From Campylobacterales bacterium (GTDB lineage Bacteria; Campylobacterota; Campylobacteria; Campylobacterales; QNZT01): a DNA stretch of 46,280 nt. Position 1 is the stretch's first letter. Each line of letters opens with the position of its first letter. Positions 39,489 to 46,280 of the stretch are shown one piece after another. The position numbers and the translations under genes were made by a program. The notes beneath the pieces were generated by a model. That model saw only the letters and a list, made by a program, of their open reading frames with translations, searched no databases and had not been told where the DNA came from. The stretch spans positions 1 to 46,280 of the forward strand of contig WGAE01000150.1 of the NCBI GenBank assembly GCA_015489185.1, written 5' to 3'.

Positions 39489-40743
39489 ATTTCTCCTTCA
39501 ATATCTGTTTTCCAAGCTCCACACCCGGCTGGTCGTAGGTGTTTACACCCAGAAAGTGACCGCAAAGCGATGTCAGCAATTCATAATACATAATCAGATA
39601 ACCGACGTTGTATTCATCCAATCGCCCCATCTCGATCTCGTCGACGCTGATTCCCTGCTGCATGATACTCTCCATCGTCGCGTCGCACTGTGCGTTGAGC
39701 AGTTCCTGAAAAGTGTGTCCGTTGATGTAGTCTGTCTTTTCGATATGAGGCAGCGAAATATCTGGAATTTCGATCTCTTTTTCAAAGTCGTCCACTTTGA
39801 TCATCGTCACCGTTTTGTCACGCGGACCTTCGATCAAAAGCTGCAAAAAGGAGTGCTGATCGATCGAGCCGATGATACCCACCGGTGTCAATCCCACATG
39901 TGTCCCGTCGGAACGCTTCTTGCCCAGTGATTCACCCCAGAGCTGTACGTACCAGGCATTGAAGTCCCGAAAGCTGCTGCCGTAGGAAAAAAGCACGTTG
40001 ATCGGAACCTCTTTGTGATGCTTCGCATAGTGGTGCGCCTTGAGCACCAGCAGATCCTCCTTACGTTCGAAAAAGGAGTTCTTCAGCGCACCCGCACCCG
40101 CCAGCAAGGCACGCGTATCATAACCAAGCAGTCGAAGCGGTAAAAGACCGACCGCGGAGAGTACGGAAAAACGCCCTCCCACATTGTGTGGAATATGAAA
40201 TACCGGTACTTCGGCATCTTTACCAAACTGATCCAGCGGTGAATCGGCATCGGTGATAAACGCAAAATGTTCACGGAAACGCTCGCTGTCAATCGAAACT
40301 TCAAAGTGCGCAAGTAAAAACTTGACGTGCGATGTCGTCTCGATCGTCGATCCCGATTTGGAGATCATGATAAAAAAGCTCTCTTCAAAACGCAAATCTG
40401 CCAGATTGTCAGAGATTTCAAGCGGATCGACATTCTCGAAAAAAACGAGCCGTCTGCCGTTTCGTGACGACGTATGTCGCAGCAGCGTATCGATCGCCCG
40501 TGTCCCGAGCGACGAACCGCCGATACCGATGACGACAATGTTTCGAATACCTCTTGCGTCGAAATCGTACGTGTCGATAAAGGCATCGATACGTGAAACC
40601 ATATCCGACTCCGGCAAAAGATAATAACCCGCCTTGCCGCTCTCCATCTCCGCAAAAAGCGCATCGTACGCTTCCGCTATCGTCATCTCGTCCGCCTGCG
40701 TTTCAAAACAGAGCTCTCTTTTAATCACACCATCTCCTTTCAA
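39478..40743 (-). CDS. pgi: Glucose-6-phosphate isomerase (short bacterial form)
   Basis: About 420 aa. Motifs IGIGGSSLG, MISKSGSTIET, GGRFSVLSAVG, DQHSFLQL and NTYDQPGVELGK. The start is ambiguous, either TTG 40743 (4-nt overlap with dapE) or GTG 40728 just after AAGGAG. Confidence 0.9.
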   Translation of the reverse strand: MKGDGVIKRELCFETQADEMTIAEAYDALFAEMESGKAGYYLLPESDMVSRIDAFIDTYDFDARGIRNIVVIGIGGSSLGTRAIDTLLRHTSSRNGRRLVFFENVDPLEISDNLADLRFEESFFIMISKSGSTIETTSHVKFLLAHFEVSIDSERFREHFAFITDADSPLDQFGKDAEVPVFHIPHNVGGRFSVLSAVGLLPLRLLGYDTRALLAGAGALKNSFFERKEDLLVLKAHHYAKHHKEVPINVLFSYGSSFRDFNAWYVQLWGESLGKKRSDGTHVGLTPVGIIGSIDQHSFLQLLIEGPRDKTVTMIKVDDFEKEIEIPDISLPHIEKTDYINGHTFQELLNAQCDATMESIMQQGISVDEIEMGRLDEYNVGYLIMYYELLTSLCGHFLGVNTYDQPGVELGKQILKEKFAR

Positions 40744-41834
40744 AATGTTTCAATAAGACGGGAAAAGACCCCGTAGAGCGCTTCAACTTCGGCTTCACTT
40801 GTGCGTTCGTTCGGTGCATGAATCGTATCGTTCAGCACGCCGAATTCCACTGTATCGATACCGTATTCACCGAAAAAGCGTGCATCACTCGTACCACCCG
40901 CCGTCGAAAGTTTCGAATCGACTCCCGTCACATCTTTGATGGCGTCAAGCATCTTTCGTACCACCTTTGAATTGCGATTGGTCACGAACGGTTTGGCGCT
41001 TTGATTGAGCACAAGGGTATAATCCATCTCATGAAAGTATTTATCCACAAACGCTTCGACATCTTCGATCGTCGTTTTGGTGGAGTTTCGGACATTGAAC
41101 ATCATTTTGAGTTTGCCCGGCGTAACGTTTGTTACCTCCATACCCGCACGAATGTCGGTAATCACAAACTGGCTCGGCGCGAAATTTTCATCCCCCTCAT
41201 CCAAATACGCTCCCGCCATATGCGGCAGTACCTGCGCCACTTTGTGAATCGGATTTTTCGCTTTTTCCGGATACGCCGCGTGTCCCTGAATACCTGTCTT
41301 TTCAATAACCCCGTTGATCGAACCGCGTCTTCCTATTTTGATCGCGTCGCCGAAAACCTGCTCACATGTCGGCTCCGCGACAACAACATAATCGGGCAGA
41401 AAATCGATCGATGCGAGTTTTCGAATCATCTCGATCGTGCCGTAAGTAGCATCACCTTCTTCATCGCTAGTCAAAAGTATCGACAAAGTACCGTTAAAAT
41501 TTTTGGCGTCTTTACACGCTTTCAGAAACGCCGCCACCCCGCTTTTCATATCCTGCGCGCCACGCGCGTAGATTTTGCCCTCTTTGTGAAGCGGCTCGAA
41601 CGGATCGCTCTCCCACCCCTCACCGGGCGGCACGACATCAATATGCCCCGCAAAACAGAGATGATCCCCCTCGGAAAATTTCTTGTACAAAAAGAGGTTT
41701 TTAACCCCCTCTTTCTCCAGATAGATCGTCTCGAACGACTCCAGATACCCTTCGATAAAGTCGAAAGCACCGTCATCATCCGGAGTCACGGAGCGATAAC
41801 GCAACAGTTTGTCAAACAGGGGAATCAAATCCAT
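40740..41834 (-). CDS. dapE: Succinyl-diaminopimelate desuccinylase (M20 peptidase)
   Basis: 364 aa. Motifs FAGHIDVVPPG, TSDEEG, VAEPT and a dimerisation-domain insert. The length matches epsilonproteobacterial DapE. Confidence 0.88.
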   Translation of the reverse strand: MDLIPLFDKLLRYRSVTPDDDGAFDFIEGYLESFETIYLEKEGVKNLFLYKKFSEGDHLCFAGHIDVVPPGEGWESDPFEPLHKEGKIYARGAQDMKSGVAAFLKACKDAKNFNGTLSILLTSDEEGDATYGTIEMIRKLASIDFLPDYVVVAEPTCEQVFGDAIKIGRRGSINGVIEKTGIQGHAAYPEKAKNPIHKVAQVLPHMAGAYLDEGDENFAPSQFVITDIRAGMEVTNVTPGKLKMMFNVRNSTKTTIEDVEAFVDKYFHEMDYTLVLNQSAKPFVTNRNSKVVRKMLDAIKDVTGVDSKLSTAGGTSDARFFGEYGIDTVEFGVLNDTIHAPNERTSEAEVEALYGVFSRLIETF

Positions 41835-41842
41835 ATCAAACC

Positions 41843-42187
41843 TTAGTGTGTGGGATTTTCATAAAAGATATACTGTGTCGAATAGTCACTGAACTCGAAA
41901 TAGACTCGTTTTTCCCCTTTGTCTGCGACACCGTTCATGTTGGCATCGAAAATACCGTATCCGAAACGATAGGGTCTGTCGGTATCCCCTTCCGTACTTC
42001 TGGCGGTTGTCAGCTTATCGATTTTGATAAATTTGCGCACCAGTTTTCCACCGCTGTAAACTTCGAGCACACCGTCGGTTCCCGTCCAGTTCTGGATGGC
42101 ACGTCCAAGTCTGTTTTGTGTCTCCTGCGTACATCCTCCAAGCAGCAACACTGCTGCGGCAATTGTTAAAAAAAGTGTTTGTTTCAT
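41843..42187 (-). CDS. Small lipoprotein of unknown function
   Basis: 114 aa. Signal peptide with lipobox LLLGGC (MKQTLFLTIAAAVLLLGGCTQ). Strong SD AAGGAG lies 5 nt upstream. Confidence 0.6.
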   Translation of the reverse strand: MKQTLFLTIAAAVLLLGGCTQETQNRLGRAIQNWTGTDGVLEVYSGGKLVRKFIKIDKLTTARSTEGDTDRPYRFGYGIFDANMNGVADKGEKRVYFEFSDYSTQYIFYENPTH

Positions 42188-42214
42188 CTATACTCCTTTT
42201 ATTTGCGTAGGTTA

Positions 42215-42928
42215 TTACATATCGTTGAAACGATTTACCAGTAACTGCCAGGACTGATCCTGCAGCGCCGCGGAAGAGGGATCGATTTTCTCGATTGTTT
42301 TGAGTCCCGTTTCATCTTCGACGATACGAAACAGTTGCCCGTAGACTTCCGACGGATGGAAAACGAAATCGGCAAGCTCCAGTCCTGCAGAATCGTACGC
42401 GATCCGATCCGTCGAAAAGGTATCGCACAGATAATCAAACAACGCATTTGCCAGAACATCATACTGATCCGTCTCTTCACCGCAATCAAAATACCCTACC
42501 GACAATGCCGAAGGATCAATCGTCTCGACACTCAAGTCGCTGTCAAAATCCCACTGTGCGTCCCCGTTTGTCAGTGTCGACAAAACGATTTTCCCCGCAT
42601 CGAGTCCTTCAATCTCCCTGACAATCTCCCCCACCGGCAGATTGACCAGTGTCAGTTCATCGGGCAGTACCTGTCTCTCTTCGGTATCCCGCAGTGTAAT
42701 CTCCGCCGTTTCGGGATCAAACCCGTGCATATGAAAAAGCATATCGTCATACGCACCCACTTCCCCTGTTTCGACAAATTCGGTCACGCGCTTGTAAAGA
42801 CGATCGATCTCATCCTGTTGCGACCAGTCAACCGCCCCCAGGTCAATATCCGACTCACGCAGTAAATCCGCAAGATCAAAAAGTCTGAAAATACGCGCAT
42901 TCGCGTTGATCTGTACACTCAGTGCCAT
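42215..42928 (-). CDS. Highly acidic cytoplasmic protein of unknown function
   Basis: 237 aa from ATG 42928, preceded by SD AAGGAGG. There is no signal peptide and no motif I recognise. My hand count gives about 51 Asp+Glu against about 15 Lys+Arg. Confidence 0.55.
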   Translation of the reverse strand: MALSVQINANARIFRLFDLADLLRESDIDLGAVDWSQQDEIDRLYKRVTEFVETGEVGAYDDMLFHMHGFDPETAEITLRDTEERQVLPDELTLVNLPVGEIVREIEGLDAGKIVLSTLTNGDAQWDFDSDLSVETIDPSALSVGYFDCGEETDQYDVLANALFDYLCDTFSTDRIAYDSAGLELADFVFHPSEVYGQLFRIVEDETGLKTIEKIDPSSAALQDQSWQLLVNRFNDM

Positions 42929-42960
42929 GCTATCCTCCTTGACAGATAAACGATAACACA

Positions 42961-42966
42961 AGTATA
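42961..42966 (-). promoter_or_regulatory. Candidate -10 (TATACT) for the acidic-protein gene and downstream genes
   Basis: The minus strand reads CATGTATACT 32 nt upstream of ATG 42928, just downstream of the 43083-43104 terminator. Confidence 0.3.
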
Positions 42967-43082
42967 CATGAAATCTATTTATCTACGGGTTAGAAAAGAA
43001 ACATTATCTGAAATGTATCGTCTGAAAAAGTGATAATAGAACGAAAGTTTTATCATTTGCGCAACACTTTTAAAGAAAGCGA

Positions 43083-43104
43083 TACAGATGCGTTTGCATC
43101 TGTA
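43083..43104 (-). terminator. Intrinsic terminator after the FemAB-like gene
   Basis: Perfect 9-bp inverted repeat tacagatgc / gcatctgta with loop gttt, starting 5 nt after the stop codon. On the minus strand it is followed by ucgcuuucuuuaaaag. Confidence 0.6.
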
Positions 43105-43109
43105 CCCGA

Positions 43110-44114
43110 TCAGTCATAATCTCCCGTCAGCAACTGATCAATCGGATCAACATAGCGCATCCCTTTGCGTTTGGAGTAAAGTTTGACCAGAAGATTGAAG
43201 AGTTTGGTTTTAAGCGGGTTGATGATCACTTTAAAGGCATATCCCTCTTTGAGTGTCGGTCTGAAACGCTCTTTGTATTGCTGAATGGCGGCATATTTGG
43301 AGTCTGGTTTAACGTTGATTCTCGCACCGCAAAGATCGAAGACAGGCGCTTTCGAGTGTGCTTTGACATACTTCATCGCTTCATATTTCAGCAGTTGTCC
43401 GGCACCTTTTGGCGCACCGATCCTGTTCCCGCCGTACAATTCATAAGCCCGAAAATCATCAAACAACACCGTCAAAACCGTCTGCAATTTGCCGTCTTTG
43501 TACGCCCCCGCATATAAGCAGTTCTCTCCCAGATTCTCTTTGGACTTTTTGAAATATGCATAAGGAGGACAAGCCAGCGAACCGGCTCTTGTGACCGTTT
43601 CATGCACCAGCTCCCATGTATCTTTCGGATCGACATCGAAGCGAATCTCCACTCCCTCTTTGATCGCTTTGCGCAGCGCCCTTCTGTGCGACTGGTTGAA
43701 AGAAGCGAGAATCTCCTCTTCACTTTTGGAGATATCGATTTCATACGTCCCCCACGGTGCGCAAACCCCTTTGGTCGGACAAACATCAAAAACCACGTAC
43801 GACTGCGCCTTATTGATAAAATCACATAAATTCTCTTTTTCAGTGAGGGCAACCACCTCATCCAAAAACGCTTTTTGCGCATCGGCATCAAGCCCTTCAT
43901 GAAGTGCAAAAGGCTCCAGTGTGAAGATCATTCTTTTGAAAATCAACTTTTTGTCGATCACAAAAGGAAGCACAAAATCTTCGGAAACAAACCAGCCGTA
44001 ATCGTCACTCTTCGACGAAAGATACCCCTCCGACGCCAACACAGGTATCTGAGTCGCCACATTTTCAAACGCTTTTTGACTTCTGTAAACTTTTACCAAA
44101 TGAATTCCTTCCAA
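43110..44114 (-). CDS. FemAB / BioF2-like GNAT-fold (aminoacyl/acyl)transferase
   Basis: About 330 aa. The C-terminal half, YELYGGNRIGAPKGAGQLLKYEAMKYVKAHSKAPVFDLCGA, resembles the FemAB/Acetyltransf_6 core pattern as I recall it. The start is TTG 44114, or TTG 44099 (6 nt after GGAAGGAA). Confidence 0.5.
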   Translation of the reverse strand: MEGIHLVKVYRSQKAFENVATQIPVLASEGYLSSKSDDYGWFVSEDFVLPFVIDKKLIFKRMIFTLEPFALHEGLDADAQKAFLDEVVALTEKENLCDFINKAQSYVVFDVCPTKGVCAPWGTYEIDISKSEEEILASFNQSHRRALRKAIKEGVEIRFDVDPKDTWELVHETVTRAGSLACPPYAYFKKSKENLGENCLYAGAYKDGKLQTVLTVLFDDFRAYELYGGNRIGAPKGAGQLLKYEAMKYVKAHSKAPVFDLCGARINVKPDSKYAAIQQYKERFRPTLKEGYAFKVIINPLKTKLFNLLVKLYSKRKGMRYVDPIDQLLTGDYD

Positions 44115-44220
44115 CTGCTATAATCTCAAAACATCATATAACTTGATCACTTAATTTTATATTAAGCTAATCAATACGCTGTTTGTATCATCCGATATAT
44201 CGGCATAAATACCGGAGGGT

Positions 44221-45165
44221 TCAGAGCAAAAATCCAAAACGTTTGTGCAGGCGGATGATCAGCGCCCCGGCAATCACCGAAAGTACGAATACGACCAATG
44301 TCAGCTGCGTCGGGGAGAGAGTGCTATGCTCTTTGAGCAAGCCGATGAAAAAGATATGAATAAAATAGATCGCCGACGCATATAGCGCCAATGTTTTACT
44401 CTTTGCCTGAAACGGCATCTGTATAAAGAGCAGGAAGAGTGCGGGAACAAACAAAAACAGTGTTACAAGTGTATCTGCCGGCGGATGAGTATAGTTGTAA
44501 AACGCTTCCGCCAGAACAAGACCTCCTGTCAAAATTGCAGCAATAACCACAAAAGGTTTCGATACTTTACGATCCAGTTGCTGCGCGCGTAACAGATACC
44601 CCATCGTAAAAAAAGGATATGCAAGAAACAAAAAATTGCGATGCACCCAGTCAAAGGCTAGCAGGCGATCCAGGGGAGAACCGTAAAAGAGATGGTATGT
44701 TCGGGCATAAACGATCCACTCCCCGGCAAAAAATGTCACAATGACCGAAAACCACAATATCCAATAAGGTAAACGATGCAATCGCAAAAAAAACAATGCG
44801 GCACCAAACAATCCGATCACATACCATAAATGGAGATACCCAAACAGCATACGATGGACTACTTTCAGCCAGGCGGTTACCGTATTCTCGGAAATATCCA
44901 GCCACGCATAGGCATAAAAAAGCATCCAAATCAGATATAGCCCGAATATACGCTTCAACCACCTGCGTTGTTTGCCCTGTTGCAAAACCGGATAAAAGTA
45001 AAACCCGTTGATCAGCAAAAAGACCGGTACACTGATACGAAACAGACCGTCAACAGTCACATATGAAAGTGCTTCAGATAGATCCGAAAGAAACCGAGTA
45101 TGGATCGCGACGACCATAAAGGCCATCAAAAGTCGTAACAGATCAAGAGAAACGTTTCTGTACAA
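44221..45165 (-). CDS. Integral-membrane acyltransferase, Acyl_transf_3 (OafA/YrhL-like) family
   Basis: 314 aa with many hydrophobic helices. N-terminal LDLLRLLMAFMVVAIH carries the conserved family His. TTG start. Confidence 0.75.
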   Translation of the reverse strand: MYRNVSLDLLRLLMAFMVVAIHTRFLSDLSEALSYVTVDGLFRISVPVFLLINGFYFYPVLQQGKQRRWLKRIFGLYLIWMLFYAYAWLDISENTVTAWLKVVHRMLFGYLHLWYVIGLFGAALFFLRLHRLPYWILWFSVIVTFFAGEWIVYARTYHLFYGSPLDRLLAFDWVHRNFLFLAYPFFTMGYLLRAQQLDRKVSKPFVVIAAILTGGLVLAEAFYNYTHPPADTLVTLFLFVPALFLLFIQMPFQAKSKTLALYASAIYFIHIFFIGLLKEHSTLSPTQLTLVVFVLSVIAGALIIRLHKRFGFLL

Positions 45166-45188
45166 AAAAAACGCCTTTTTTGATACGA

Positions 45189-46280
45189 TTATAGCAAAAT
45201 CTGTTTGATTCTGTCCGCGACACGAAACGCATTGGCGTAGATTGTCCAGGTATAGGGCACACTTCCGCCTGTGGGCATAAAAGATCCGTCGGTAATATAG
45301 AGGTTATCTACTTCATGCACTTTACAATTTCGATCAAGCACCGAGGTTTTCGGGTCATTTCCGAAGCGACACCCTCCCGCCTGAAGATTTTGCGGCGGAT
45401 AGGGTCCGATATCTTTGCGAATCTTTTTCGCGCCGAGGGTTTCAAGCACCTGTACCGTTTTATCCGCAAGGATATTTGCGATCTTTTCATTTTGAGGATG
45501 TGAACCGATACGTACTTTGGCTACCGGCATACCGTATTTATCTTTGTAATGTTCATCGACCGTGACAAAACAGTCGTCGTTCGGCAACCAGTCGTTGAAA
45601 ATCTCAAACTGTAGCAGACGCTTTTGGGTAAACTGCTCCAGCAACCGACGCTGCAACGCTTTCCCCCAGAGCAGTTCTCCCTCTTCACTCCATTTGCGAC
45701 GGTTCGCTTTTAAAATCGGATTGGCATGCTCAAAAAGCGCTTCGCTGATACCCCCTTTGGTCTTTGCATCCAGAAAATACCAGTCTTTGATAGTACGATT
45801 GACAAATAGCCCCTCCGTAAAAAGCGCGCGATGCGGTAAAACAGTCTCATCCAATTCTCCACTGACAACACCGCCTGCCGAAAAGAGCAGATTTTTCCCG
45901 ACCTGCCCGTAATTGTTCCCCAAACCGTCGGGAAATTTACGGCTTTTGGAATTTAGCAATAACCTGCTTGTTTCGATCGCCTGTGCCGCCACGACGAAAA
46001 GATCCGCTTCGATCTCCACAACACCCTCTTGTGTATGACACTCCGCGGCACGTACCCTCCCTTTTTCATCCGTTAACAGTCTGCTGACATGATGTTTGGG
46101 CAAAATCGTCACGTTTCCCGTCGCAAGCGCCGGTTGCAACAACGCGGCACGACTGCTCCCCTTTGCACCGCTGCTGCATCCGTAACTGCCGCAGTAGTTG
46201 GAATAGTAACAGGCATTGCGCTGATCTTTTGGAACACTCAAAATCGCGCGAGGCGTTTTGACCGAAGCGACACCCAGTTT
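45189..46280 (-). CDS. GMC-family FAD oxidoreductase, gluconate 2-dehydrogenase flavoprotein-like (N-terminus outside window)
   Basis: The frame is open through the window end. C-terminal GMC signature GGCRFGNDPKTSVLDRNCKVHEVDNLYITDGSFMPTGG, and a Cys-rich segment CYYSNYCGSYGCSSGAKGS. Confidence 0.8.
   Translation of the reverse strand, partial: KLGVASVKTPRAILSVPKDQRNACYYSNYCGSYGCSSGAKGSSRAALLQPALATGNVTILPKHHVSRLLTDEKGRVRAAECHTQEGVVEIEADLFVVAAQAIETSRLLLNSKSRKFPDGLGNNYGQVGKNLLFSAGGVVSGELDETVLPHRALFTEGLFVNRTIKDWYFLDAKTKGGISEALFEHANPILKANRRKWSEEGELLWGKALQRRLLEQFTQKRLLQFEIFNDWLPNDDCFVTVDEHYKDKYGMPVAKVRIGSHPQNEKIANILADKTVQVLETLGAKKIRKDIGPYPPQNLQAGGCRFGNDPKTSVLDRNCKVHEVDNLYITDGSFMPTGGSVPYTWTIYANAFRVADRIKQILL

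Noticed and set aside
33791-40743. The impression that the solute module is GC-richer than its surroundings, which would hint at horizontal transfer.
   Set aside because: Hand counts on single 60-nt lines gave 28-34 G+C inside the module, and 28-34 in proS and gltB as well. My spot checks show no distinguishable shift, and a real sliding-window computation is needed. No flanking repeats, tRNA or integrase are present.
41001-41846. A 281-aa plus-strand ORF antisense to dapE.
   Set aside because: The reasoning is the same. dapE motifs are intact on the minus strand, and the antisense product is featureless.
44190-44201. A perfect 12-nt palindrome CCGATATATCGG in the spacer between the acyltransferase and the FemAB-like gene.
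   Set aside because: It is too short and AT-centred to be a stable terminator hairpin. A single 12-mer palindrome in a 106-nt AT-rich spacer may be chance. It could be an operator, but there is no second copy or supporting context.
5951-45165. Many non-ATG start codons: TTG for the OMP, proS, gpgP, the acyltransferase and the FemAB-like gene; GTG for fxsA, dus and fabH; TTG or GTG for pgi.
   Set aside because: About 9 of 48 genes is within the normal bacterial range. Several depend on my SD-based start choice. This is not evidence of anything unusual.
1-46280. A search for CRISPR arrays, tandem repeats, IS elements, integrases, tRNA/rRNA genes, and toxin-antitoxin or defence-island signatures.
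   Set aside because: No intergenic region exceeds about 150 nt. None contains direct repeats or a cloverleaf-like structure. No ORF shows transposase, recombinase, nuclease-helicase or other defence hallmarks that I can recognise.

Overview
This window is a gene-dense chromosomal segment with about 48 protein-coding genes, nearly all on the minus strand and many with overlapping start and stop codons. I found no rRNA, tRNA, CRISPR array, transposase, integrase or prophage remnant. The protein set and local gene order suggest a member of the Campylobacterota (Epsilonproteobacteria) with moderate GC content. The supporting gene orders are hemC..proS-hemA-ispB followed by HP0241/HP0242-like genes, dus-membrane protein-dksA-rlmH..accD, and ndk-yceD-rpmF-plsX-fabH. 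A UbiD-type decarboxylase of about 600 aa, AhpC/TsaA and an Alvin-type 2x[4Fe-4S] ferredoxin also fit. The taxon call is inference from remembered synteny, not a database result.

Nt 1-33,700 is ordinary housekeeping: aminoacyl-tRNA synthetases, heme and isoprenoid synthesis, GOGAT, fatty-acid initiation, and ribosomal proteins L32 and L21. rpmF (L32) is missing from the supplied ORF track.

The most distinctive content is a tightly coupled six-gene module at 33.8-40.7 kb: pgi, a GpgP-like phosphatase, a MOFRL glycerate kinase, a GpgS-like glycosyltransferase, a GH13_18 phosphorylase and galU. I read it as a synthesis-plus-recycling loop for the compatible solute glucosylglycerate. It appears to be co-transcribed with dapE and two orphan genes, a small lipoprotein and a very acidic 237-aa protein.

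The last 3 kb carries a probable cell-surface modification set: a FemAB/BioF2-like transferase, an Acyl_transf_3 membrane acyltransferase and a truncated GMC flavoprotein. I see no clear-cut novel defence-type or mobile system. The glucosylglycerate loop and the orphan acidic protein are the best candidates for follow-up.

The ORF track begins each ORF at the most upstream ATG, GTG or TTG. I therefore re-set several starts using Shine-Dalgarno spacing and family N-termini.
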